Of a stretch of 64,000 nt of DNA, positions 9,188 through 17,568 are shown piece by piece. Source of the stretch: Chthonomonadales bacterium (lineage in GTDB: Bacteria > Armatimonadota > Chthonomonadetes > Chthonomonadales > CAJBBX01); assembly GCA_020849275.1 (NCBI GenBank), contig JADLGO010000059.1, positions 29,377 to 93,376 on the forward strand, read 5' to 3'. The notes beneath the pieces were generated by a model. It worked only from the letters and a program-made list of their open reading frames with translations. It was not told the origin of the DNA and did no database searches. The translations under genes and the position numbers were made by a program. Position 1 is the first letter of the stretch; every line of letters starts with the position of its first letter.

Positions 9188-11002
9188 CTACTCCTGAGCC
9201 TCCACGCGGAACTGCCGCTCGTAGAGCCGGGCGTAGAGCCCGCCGGCGGCCAGCAGCTCCGTGTGCGTGCCGGCTTCGACGATGCGCCCTTGGTCCATCA
9301 CCAGGATGCGATCCGCGCCCAAGACGGTCGAGAGCCGGTGGGCGATCACGATGGTGGTACGGCCGCGCATCAGCACGTCGAGCGCCTCCTGCACCAGGGC
9401 CTCGGAGCTGGCGTCCAGCGAGGAGGTCGCCTCGTCCAGGATCAGCAGTCGCGGGTTCTTGAGGATAGCGCGGGCGATCGCGATGCGCTGGCGCTCGCCG
9501 CCAGAGAGTCGCACGCCGCGCTCGCCGACGACGGTGCCGAACCTGGCGGACATGCCCTCGATGAAGTAGGCGTTGGCGGCGTAGGCCGCGTCGCGCACCT
9601 CCTCGTCCGTGGCGTCGCGGTTCCCGTAGGCAATGTTCGCGCGGAGCGTGCCGGCGAACAGCCACGTCTCCTGCGGGACGATGCCGATGTGGTGGCGCAG
9701 GCTCTCCAGCGTTACGTCGCGAACGTCGAGGCCGTCGATGCGGATGGCGCCCGCCGTGACGTCGTAGAATCGCGGGATCAGGTCAACCAGCGTGCTCTTC
9801 CCGGCGCCGCTGTGGCCGACCAGGGCAACGACCTCGCCGGGCTTGACCTCGAAGGAGACCTCGCGCAGAACGGGCTCGCCCTCGTCGTAGGAGAAGCTCA
9901 CGCGCTCAAACACCACGTGCCCCTCGATCGGGGGCATCGTGGCGGCGCGCGGGCGCTCCTGAACATCGCTCGTCTGGTCGAGCACGTCGGTGAAGATTCG
10001 CTCCGCGGCCGCCAGCGCCTGCTGGCGCGTGTTGTTGATGCCGCCCAGGTCGCTGACCGCGCGCGCGAGTTGCTGGAGGAGGAGCACGAACATCGCGAGC
10101 CCGCCAAGGTCCATGTTGCTGATCGGCGGCAGCCCCTGGCTGACGCGCCGGGCGTTCAGGACAACCTCGTTGCCGCCAAGGAACAGGACCAGGGCGATGC
10201 CGAAGGCGCCGAGGAACTCGATGATGGGCCTCAGTTGCGCGCTTTTCCTTACGCCGCGGATGACCGCCCTGAGGGTCTGCTCGTTCTCCGCGCTGAACCG
10301 GCCGATCTCGTGGCTCTCGGTGGCGAAGGACTTGATGATGCGAACGCCCGCGACGGTCTCCTCCAGAATCGTGGTGATGTCGGCCAGCCTGGCCTGCACC
10401 TGCTCGGTGATATGCCGAATCCGCTTGCCGATCCGCGAGATGACCAGGCCCATCAGCGGTACGAGGAAGATGGCCGCCAGCGTGAGCATCCAGCTCAGGT
10501 AGAAGAGCAGCGCCAGGCAGAACACGATGGCAAGCGGGGCGGAGACGATGTCCCGTATCGACATCGTGGCCGTCTGGATCACCGGGATGTCGTTGGTCAG
10601 CGTGGAGAGGATCGCCCCCGTGCGCCGCCGATTGAAGAACGAGAGCGACAGCGAGTGCAGATGGGAGAACACCTCGTCGCGCAGGCGTGCCGTCACCCGT
10701 TGGGCGGCGAGTGAGAGAAAGTAGGTCTGGCCGTAGCTCAGGAGGCCCTTGATGACGAACACGCCCACGACGACCAGACAGACGAGATTCAGCCGTCCGA
10801 CGTTGGCGCCCGTCATCGCCGTGATGGTGAGCTTCACCGCCCAGTTGAGCAGTGCCGTGATCCCCGCCACTCCCGCGGCGCAGGCGAGGCCCGCCAGAAT
10901 GATGCGGCGGTGCGGAGCGAGGTAGGCGAGCAGCCTGCGCTGCACCTCGCCCTCGCTCATGCGCCGCGGGGCCGGCCGCCCTTCGAGTTCGTTCGCCGCC
11001 AT
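9188..11002 (-). CDS. msbA: lipid A export ABC transporter, fused permease/ATPase (MsbA-like)
   Basis: 604 aa. N-terminal six-helix type domain, Walker A GHSGAGKST, signature LSGGERQRIAIARA, Walker B LLILDEATSSLD. Lies in the lipid A cluster. Confidence 0.85.
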   Translation of the reverse strand: MAANELEGRPAPRRMSEGEVQRRLLAYLAPHRRIILAGLACAAGVAGITALLNWAVKLTITAMTGANVGRLNLVCLVVVGVFVIKGLLSYGQTYFLSLAAQRVTARLRDEVFSHLHSLSLSFFNRRRTGAILSTLTNDIPVIQTATMSIRDIVSAPLAIVFCLALLFYLSWMLTLAAIFLVPLMGLVISRIGKRIRHITEQVQARLADITTILEETVAGVRIIKSFATESHEIGRFSAENEQTLRAVIRGVRKSAQLRPIIEFLGAFGIALVLFLGGNEVVLNARRVSQGLPPISNMDLGGLAMFVLLLQQLARAVSDLGGINNTRQQALAAAERIFTDVLDQTSDVQERPRAATMPPIEGHVVFERVSFSYDEGEPVLREVSFEVKPGEVVALVGHSGAGKSTLVDLIPRFYDVTAGAIRIDGLDVRDVTLESLRHHIGIVPQETWLFAGTLRANIAYGNRDATDEEVRDAAYAANAYFIEGMSARFGTVVGERGVRLSGGERQRIAIARAILKNPRLLILDEATSSLDASSEALVQEALDVLMRGRTTIVIAHRLSTVLGADRILVMDQGRIVEAGTHTELLAAGGLYARLYERQFRVEAQE

Positions 11003-12321
11003 CAGGTCTCTCGCCGTCCCGCCATCTCAAGGACGATGTGCGCGACGCGTTCCGTCGCGCCAGGCTCGCCGAGCGCCTCGCGCACCTGCCGCAGGTCGTC
11101 CTTCATCGTCGCGCGTGCCGTCGGGTCGCGCAGCAGGCGAATCGCCTCGTCGGCGAGCCGCTCCGGCGACGCCTCCTCCTGCCGCAGCTCCGGCACGATG
11201 CGGCGGCCGGCAATGATGTTCGGCATGCCGATGTGCTCCACGCGCTGCAGCCGCCGCAACCGGTACTCCATCGCCATCAACCGGGAGCCCCGGTACAGGA
11301 TCACCATGGGCGTGCCCAGGATCGCGGCCTCCAGCGTCACGGTGCCCGAGCACGCCAGCAGGACGTCCGCGTGCGCGATCAGGTCCTGCGTCATGCCGGA
11401 ACAGAGCACGATCGGGGGCAGCGCCGCCGCGTCGGTTCGCCGGGCCGCACGCTCCCGTCGTTGCAGGTAGGTGGATGGCACGACAACGCCCTCCGGCGTG
11501 ATGAGCTGCGGCTCCTTGCGGGCATCTCGCCGCGCCCCACAGACTGGCCGGAACCCCTGATGGTCGCCCTTGCCGGGCTGGGGCCGGAAGCCGCGCACAA
11601 GCGCGACAGCTCGCTCCGGCGCGATCGTCGGCGCGACGCTGTAGACGAACTGCGCGTTGGTCACGGTCCGTGAGATGCGCGCGGCGGCTGCCAGCATCGC
11701 CGGCGTGTTGTAGGTAACCTCGAACCGGCGGCTACCGGGCAGCAGGCCGACGATCGGGTGGCCGGGCTCCATGCCGAAGCGCTCAGCGAACTGCGCACGC
11801 GTCAGGCTCGGGCGCGACAGGTCGAGCAGGGGGTGGCCAACGAACTCCACGTTGGCTCCCATCTCGCGCAGGCGCTCCGCCGACCACGGGAACGGCGTCG
11901 CGATGCGGTCGGTGACGCGCCCAAGCTCCGAGCGCGCCGTGCCGTTGCGTCGCCACGACCCTGGCGGGAAGTAGTAGAGAACGGGCACGCCGCTGGCCTT
12001 GCACCAGCGGGCCACCTTCACATTGAACGCGCCGAAGTCGATCAGGACGACGAGGGCCGGGCGGCGCCTGCGCACCTGGGCGATCAGGGCCGGGTAGATG
12101 CCGTAGCGAAGCCGAGGGTAGACCTTGAGCGCTTCGACCACGCCGATCGCGCCCCATTCGGCGCTGTCCGCGAGCAGTTCGACGCCGGCGGCGGCCATGC
12201 GGCTGCTGCCCAGGCCCCAGATGGCCACCTGCGGCCACAGCCGACGAACCGCGACGGCGAGGGCGCCGCCCACGGTGTCCCCCGAGCCCTCGCCCGAGAC
12301 GAGCGCGATGTTCGGTCCCAC
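11002..12321 (-). CDS. lpxB: lipid-A-disaccharide synthase
   Basis: 439 aa. N-terminus IALVSGEGSGDTVGG, plus LIDFGAFNVKVARW and PGSRRFEV motifs. Appears to carry an extra ~50-aa segment before the C-terminal Rossmann half. Its stop overlaps the msbA start by 1 nt. Confidence 0.9.
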   Translation of the reverse strand: MGPNIALVSGEGSGDTVGGALAVAVRRLWPQVAIWGLGSSRMAAAGVELLADSAEWGAIGVVEALKVYPRLRYGIYPALIAQVRRRRPALVVLIDFGAFNVKVARWCKASGVPVLYYFPPGSWRRNGTARSELGRVTDRIATPFPWSAERLREMGANVEFVGHPLLDLSRPSLTRAQFAERFGMEPGHPIVGLLPGSRRFEVTYNTPAMLAAAARISRTVTNAQFVYSVAPTIAPERAVALVRGFRPQPGKGDHQGFRPVCGARRDARKEPQLITPEGVVVPSTYLQRRERAARRTDAAALPPIVLCSGMTQDLIAHADVLLACSGTVTLEAAILGTPMVILYRGSRLMAMEYRLRRLQRVEHIGMPNIIAGRRIVPELRQEEASPERLADEAIRLLRDPTARATMKDDLRQVREALGEPGATERVAHIVLEMAGRRET

Positions 12322-12363
12322 GATCTCCCTTGCCCACTCTGTCGCCGGGCCGCCGGGGGCGCC

Positions 12364-13164
12364 CTAGCCCCGCGGCCTCTCGTTGCCCCGCCCGCCGAAA
12401 CCGCTCTGTGTGCCGCGCATGAAGGCGAGCAGGTAGTCGAGCTCCTCCGACGACTCCAACTCCTCCTCGATGCGCTCCATCGCCTGCGAGAGGTTCAGGT
12501 CGGAGCGATAGAGGAGCTTGTAGGCCTGTCGCAGCGTGCTGCGCACGCTGGGCGGCACGCCGTAGCGCCGCAAGCCGATCTTGTTGAGGTCGAGCACGCG
12601 CGCGGTGACGCCGTCCGCCAGCATGAAAGGCGGAACATCCTGGTTGATCTTGGAGACGCCGCCAACCATCGCCAGCTTGCCGATCCGGCAGTACTGGTGG
12701 ACGCCCACCATGCCCCCGATGACGATGTTGTCCTCCAGCAGCACGTGGCCGGAGAGCCCGACGTAGCTGGAGATCGTGTTGCCGTTGCCGATTTCGCAGT
12801 TGTGCCCGACATGCGCGTAGGCCATGAACATGTTGTCGTTGCCTATTCGCGTGGCTACGCCCTCGCCTACCGAGCGGTGCAGTGTGACGCACTCACGCAG
12901 AATGTTGTTGTCGCCGAGGATGAGGAGGCTCTTTTCGCCCTTGTACTTGTGGTCCTGCGGCGGGCCGCCAAGCACCGCGCCCGACCACATGGTGCAGTTC
13001 TTGCCGATCCGCGTGCCCGGCAGCACCACGATGTGCGACTCCAGGCGCGTGCCCTCGCCGATCTGCACGTCCTCGCCCACCGTGCAGAACGGCCCGACCG
13101 TGACGTTGTCGGCCAGGTAGGCGCCCTCATCGATGACGGCGGTGGGATGGATGCTCCTCGCCAT
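12364..13164 (-). CDS. lpxA: acyl-ACP--UDP-N-acetylglucosamine O-acyltransferase
   Basis: 266 aa. IHPTAVID start, hexapeptide-repeat left-handed helix and a C-terminal helical domain. Confidence 0.92.
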   Translation of the reverse strand: MARSIHPTAVIDEGAYLADNVTVGPFCTVGEDVQIGEGTRLESHIVVLPGTRIGKNCTMWSGAVLGGPPQDHKYKGEKSLLILGDNNILRECVTLHRSVGEGVATRIGNDNMFMAYAHVGHNCEIGNGNTISSYVGLSGHVLLEDNIVIGGMVGVHQYCRIGKLAMVGGVSKINQDVPPFMLADGVTARVLDLNKIGLRRYGVPPSVRSTLRQAYKLLYRSDLNLSQAMERIEEELESSEELDYLLAFMRGTQSGFGGRGNERPRG

Positions 13165-13166
13165 CG

Positions 13167-13631
13167 TTACCCCTCCGCGGCGTCCCGAACGCTGTCGGTA
13201 CGGCGGTCCAGGAGCCCGAAAGTCATCTCGCCGGAGGCGACCACCTCCCCGTCCACCCGGCCGGTGAGACGGACCTTGCCGAAGGTCTTCCGGAAGAAGA
13301 CCAGTTCCACCTCGGTCACCAGCGTGTCACCCGGTACCACCGGCTTGCGAAATCGAACGCTCTCCATGCCGGCGAGCACCGGTACCTTGGAGCTATGGTT
13401 CGGTAGTGACAGCATGAGCACGCCACCGACCTGGGCCATCGCCTCGAGGATCAGCACGCCGGGCATCATCGCCTGCCCGGGGAAGTGGCCGTTGAAGAAC
13501 TCCTCGTTGATCGTGACGTTCTTGAGGCCCAACGCGCGCTTGCCCGGCTCGATCTCCAGAATCCGGTCGACGAGGAGCATGGGGTAGCGATGGGGAAGAT
13601 AGGCGCGGATCCGTTCAATGTCGAGCATCAA
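13167..13631 (-). CDS. fabZ: 3-hydroxyacyl-ACP dehydratase
   Basis: 154 aa. LPHRYPMLLVDR and FNGHFPGQAMMPGVLILEAMAQ motifs. Confidence 0.93.
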   Translation of the reverse strand: MMLDIERIRAYLPHRYPMLLVDRILEIEPGKRALGLKNVTINEEFFNGHFPGQAMMPGVLILEAMAQVGGVLMLSLPNHSSKVPVLAGMESVRFRKPVVPGDTLVTEVELVFFRKTFGKVRLTGRVDGEVVASGEMTFGLLDRRTDSVRDAAEG

Positions 13632-13685
13632 GTCCTCCTCCAGCGGTGACTCAACCCCGTGGCGCTCGGCGCGGCGATGCCGCTC

Positions 13686-14540
13686 TCAGTCTCGCGAGCC
13701 GGCCGCCGCGATGCGGGCCGCGAGCGCCACGTTGGCCTGGTGACCGGGCTTCACCGCCGTGATCGCCGCGGCGAGGCGCCCGCCCGCCAGCGAAATGTCG
13801 CCCAGCAGGTCGAGCACCTTGTGGCGCGCACACTCGGTCGGGAGCCGCAGGTCGGCCGAGAAGCGGTCGTCGTAGATCACGAGGGCGTTGTCCAGGCTGC
13901 CGCCCCGCGCCAGGCCGGAGGCAAGCAGCGCCTCCACCTCCGCGGCGAAGCCGAACGTGCGGGCCGGCGCGACCTCGGCCGGGAAGGCGCCTGCCCGGTG
14001 CGCGTAGACCACGCTCTCCAGCCCGAGCAGTGGGTGCTCGAAGTCGGTGACGCACACGACGGTCAGGGCGTCCGCCGGGGCCGCCACGAGCCAGGAGTCG
14101 CCGCGGCGAACGGCGACAGGCTCAGCCAGTCGGATGACGACGGCGTCCCGGCCCAACTCGACCGTGCCGACGCCGGCCAGCGCTTCCACCCAGGGCATGG
14201 CGCTGCCGTCGAGGGCCGGAAGCTCGGGCCCGGTCACGCTCACGAGCGCGTTGTCGATGCATAGGCCGAACATCGCGCTCAGCAAATGCTCCACCGTCGC
14301 CACCGCGGCGCCCTCGCGGCCCAGCGTCGTACAACGGGCGGTCGAGGTGACGTTGTCAGTGTGCGCCGGGATCTGGCGACCCGAGCGCTCGAACACTATG
14401 CCGGTGTCCGGCCCGGTGGGCGCTATCTGGACCTCGCACTCCTCCCCGGTATGGATGCCGATCCCGCGGACCGCGGCGGTGCCCGAGAGCGTCGTCTGCC
14501 GGCGGGGCCACCCCTGGCCGTCTCTCCTCGCCCCGGTCAC
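13686..14540 (-). CDS. lpxC: UDP-3-O-acyl-N-acetylglucosamine deacetylase
   Basis: 284 aa from GTG 14540, which overlaps the lpxD stop as GTGA. RQTTLSGTAAVRGIGIHTGEE, TVEHLLSA and HKVLDLLGD motifs. The upstream part of the 344-aa ORF is judged non-coding in this frame. Confidence 0.88.
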   Translation of the reverse strand: MTGARRDGQGWPRRQTTLSGTAAVRGIGIHTGEECEVQIAPTGPDTGIVFERSGRQIPAHTDNVTSTARCTTLGREGAAVATVEHLLSAMFGLCIDNALVSVTGPELPALDGSAMPWVEALAGVGTVELGRDAVVIRLAEPVAVRRGDSWLVAAPADALTVVCVTDFEHPLLGLESVVYAHRAGAFPAEVAPARTFGFAAEVEALLASGLARGGSLDNALVIYDDRFSADLRLPTECARHKVLDLLGDISLAGGRLAAAITAVKPGHQANVALAARIAAAGSRD

Positions 14541-15670
14541 CGAGTCTCCTCGCGCCGCATACCGGCCAGCGCGTGCGCCAGGGCGACCTCGATCTCGGCG
14601 AGGCGCTTGCCGAGTATCGCGTTCTGGCGCTCCAGGGCGCGGATACGTTTGACGTACTCGGGGAGGTTGGCGGCGGCGGCGTCCTGCCGCAAGCGGTTGC
14701 GGTGCGGGCGGGCCGGGCAACCGGAGACCATCGAGCCGGCGGCGATGTCGCCGAACACACCGGCCTGAGCCATCACGATGGCGCCGTCCTCGACCGTCAC
14801 GTGGTCCTTGACCCCCGCCTGGCCGGCCAGGATCACGCGACTGCCGATCCGCGAGCTGCCGGCAACGCCCACCTGCGCGGTGATGACGCAGTCGAGGCCA
14901 ACCTTTACGTTGTGGGCGATGTGGACGAGGTTGTCGATCTTTGTGCGGGCTCCGACGGCCGTGGCGCCCGTTTTGGCTCGGTCGATGGTGCTGTTGGCTC
15001 CGATCTCAACGTCGTCGCCGATCTCGACCGTCCCGATCTGCGGCACCTTAACGAACCGATCGCCGATACGCGTGTAGCCGAACCCGTCTGCGCCGATGAC
15101 GGCGCCGGCGTGCAAGGTGACGCGGTCGCCGAGCGTGACGCCGGCATAGACCGTGACGTTGGGGTGCAGCACGCAGCGTTCCCCAAGCACGCTGTCGTCG
15201 CCCAGGAAGCCGCCGGCGAGCAGTACGCTCGCACGGCCGATGCGGGCGCGGTCGCCGACCACGACGTGTGGCCCGATCGAGACGTCCGCGCCAAGCTCCA
15301 CGTTCGCGCCCAGAACAGCGGTCGGGTGAACGCCCACCGGTGCGTTCAGTGGCGGGGTGAACCACTCGAGGATCCGTGCGAACGCGTTGCGCGGATCATC
15401 CACCTTGATCAGTGGCTTGTCGGGGGTGGTCGCCTCGAGGAAGGCGACGATCGCCGAAGCGCGCGAGCGCTCGGCCCGGGCGAGGAAGCGCTGGTTCTCG
15501 GCGAAGACGATGTCGCCGGACTCCGCCTCCTCGATGCTGGCCACGCCGCGGATGCGCGCGGTCCCGTCACCCTGGAGGAGCCCCTGCACGCGCTCCGCGA
15601 GCTCGCCGAGCGTGATCGCGCGCTCCTCGGCGCTCTCCTGGGGAGTGGAATGCGTCGCTGCTTGGAACAT
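14537..15670 (-). CDS. lpxD: UDP-3-O-acylglucosamine N-acyltransferase
   Basis: 377 aa. ITLGELAERV N-terminal domain, long hexapeptide-repeat core and a C-terminal coiled helix. Confidence 0.92.
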   Translation of the reverse strand: MFQAATHSTPQESAEERAITLGELAERVQGLLQGDGTARIRGVASIEEAESGDIVFAENQRFLARAERSRASAIVAFLEATTPDKPLIKVDDPRNAFARILEWFTPPLNAPVGVHPTAVLGANVELGADVSIGPHVVVGDRARIGRASVLLAGGFLGDDSVLGERCVLHPNVTVYAGVTLGDRVTLHAGAVIGADGFGYTRIGDRFVKVPQIGTVEIGDDVEIGANSTIDRAKTGATAVGARTKIDNLVHIAHNVKVGLDCVITAQVGVAGSSRIGSRVILAGQAGVKDHVTVEDGAIVMAQAGVFGDIAAGSMVSGCPARPHRNRLRQDAAAANLPEYVKRIRALERQNAILGKRLAEIEVALAHALAGMRREETR

Positions 15671-15711
15671 CTCGGTGCGTTCGCGTCTCCTGATGGGCGC
15701 CGTGGACGGGC

Positions 15712-16863
15712 TCAGAGCGCCAGTTCCTGCCGCAGCCGGCCGGCCACCTCGGCGGTCCGGTTCGGGGCACCGGACCGGCGGTCGAAGGTCACCGCCCAGT
15801 GGCTTCGAGCGGCGATGCGCCGCACGCGCCGGCGCATGTCGTCGGCGATGAACGCGGCCAGCCGCCGCCGCTCGTCGCTCGCGCCGGCAGCGGGGGGCGG
15901 CGGGAGCAAGGGCAGCGCCGCGACCGGGCCGCGCGACGTGGCCGGCGGCGGCATGCGCGTGACTGCGCGGGCGGCGGGCATCGGCACCGGCGCGGGAGCC
16001 AGCGCGCCGTCCGTGGGGCGGCTCGCCAACTGCCGGACCTGCGCCTGGTACCCGGCGATCGTCTGGTTCGTCTCCAGACGAAGCTCGCCCTGTCGGGCGG
16101 CCAGGCGGCGGTCCCAGGCCTGCTCGCGCTCCTCGCGGTAGTCCACGAGGGCCTGGGCCATCTGGTTGCGGATCGCGGTATCACGCGCGGCCTGGCGGGC
16201 CTCCGCGGCAGCCGCGGCAGCGCGGGCCTCCTCGAGCTGGCGCTGCACGAGCTCGGGCGGGCCGCCCGCCAGCGATCGGGCCTGGCTTGCCAGGGCGAGC
16301 ACGGTCAGGTGGAGCGCGATGCGCTCATCGTAGCTCTCCTGGCGCGACTCCTCGATCAGCGCCTGCGTGCGCGCGCGCAACTCGACGGCCATCGCCCGGA
16401 TGTCGGCGGCAGCTTGCCGACTGGCGGCCTGCCGCTCGCGCGCCAGCACTCGCTGGCTGCGCGCGTTCAGGATGTCGCGCAACGCTTCGAGCCGCCGCAG
16501 CGCCGGCCGGATGGCTACCTCCATCTCGGAAGTGGCCGCGCCCGGACGCGGGGCAGGCGCCGGCAGCGGCCGTGGGAGCGCCACGGCCGCCGGGCGAGGC
16601 ACGGGCGGCGGCGCGGCCGAGGGAGGGCCCGCCTGCACGGGCGCCGTGGCGGCGGGCCAGGCCGGGTGCAGCGGCAGCAGTGCCGTCAGGTTCACGTAGG
16701 CCGCCCTCGGCGGCGGCGAGGGAGCGCGGCAGGCCGTCAGCGCGCAACAGAGAAGGCACGCGGCCGCTGCCCTCCCGGCAAGGGTGGCGGGGCCGCGTGC
16801 CTTTCGGGCACTACTTCTTGTTGAGCTCAGCCAGAACCGCGGCCGTAAGATCCGTGCCCGCAT
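15712..16863 (-). CDS. Ala/Pro/Arg-rich coiled-coil lipoprotein, possibly a divergent second OmpH/Skp-like chaperone
   Basis: 383-aa ORF. Lipobox-like LTAC after a hydrophobic stretch, a long heptad-like charged helical region, and a C-terminal segment (RRVRRIAARSHWAVTFDRR...) reminiscent of OmpH C-termini. The only in-frame canonical start (16863) overlaps skp by 53 nt, so the start is uncertain. Confidence 0.5.
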   Translation of the reverse strand: MRARILRPRFWLSSTRSSARKARGPATLAGRAAAACLLCCALTACRAPSPPPRAAYVNLTALLPLHPAWPAATAPVQAGPPSAAPPPVPRPAAVALPRPLPAPAPRPGAATSEMEVAIRPALRRLEALRDILNARSQRVLARERQAASRQAAADIRAMAVELRARTQALIEESRQESYDERIALHLTVLALASQARSLAGGPPELVQRQLEEARAAAAAAEARQAARDTAIRNQMAQALVDYREEREQAWDRRLAARQGELRLETNQTIAGYQAQVRQLASRPTDGALAPAPVPMPAARAVTRMPPPATSRGPVAALPLLPPPPAAGASDERRRLAAFIADDMRRRVRRIAARSHWAVTFDRRSGAPNRTAEVAGRLRQELAL

Positions 16864-17467
16864 AGAGCGCTACCTGGCCGTCGAACACGATCGAGATGCC
16901 CTTGTCCGTGGCCACCTTGCCCACGGCAGAGCGGAAGTTCTTCATCAGCGCTTCCTGGTTGGAGACGGCGAACTCGCGGAGGCTGTTGTCCTCGGTCTCT
17001 TTAAGTGCCGCGAATGCCTGCTTCGCCTTGTCAAAGGCCGCGGCGGCGTCCTTGATGCGCTGGCGGTCGGCGTCGGAGAGGTCTTTGTCCGGCTTCTGGC
17101 GCAGGGCGTCGATCTCGGCGCCGAGCCGGGCGCCCTTGTCCGTGAGTTCCTTGATTCGCGCGCTGTCGGCGGCGGAGCGGCTCGCCGGTGCCTTGTCGGT
17201 CAGCTTGTCGAGTTCCACCTGCTCCTCCTCGGTGAGGAAGGGCATGGAATCGCGGCGGGCGAGCTTGGCCTGCGAACTGGCTTGCCGGGCCTTCAGATCC
17301 GTCTGGACGAGCTGCATGGCCTTATAGCCGTCGGTCACCTTCTGAACGTCGACGGTGGCGAAGCCGCCGGACTTGCCCGACTGGCCCGAGGCGCTGACTG
17401 CGAACGCGAGGCAAACGATGATGGCGGACGCGATCAGGGCCCTCCACCACCCAGGGGACTGCGGCAT
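16811..17467 (-). CDS. skp: periplasmic chaperone Skp/OmpH family
   Basis: 218 aa from ATG 17467, preceded by GAGAGGAG 7 nt upstream. Signal peptide WWRALIASAIIVCLAFAVSASG, a coiled-coil body and a C-terminal KGISIVFDGQVALYAGTDLTAAVLAELN typical of OmpH. Sits between bamA and lpxD. Confidence 0.85.
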   Translation of the reverse strand: MPQSPGWWRALIASAIIVCLAFAVSASGQSGKSGGFATVDVQKVTDGYKAMQLVQTDLKARQASSQAKLARRDSMPFLTEEEQVELDKLTDKAPASRSAADSARIKELTDKGARLGAEIDALRQKPDKDLSDADRQRIKDAAAAFDKAKQAFAALKETEDNSLREFAVSNQEALMKNFRSAVGKVATDKGISIVFDGQVALYAGTDLTAAVLAELNKK

Positions 17468-17568
17468 ACGGGTACTCCTCTCGGTATCAGACCGGGTCAT
17501 TATAGCACGACTCCCGAAGCCAGCGTCGGCGTGCTCGGGCGCTCCCGGCGGGAGCGCGTCGGCGCCCG

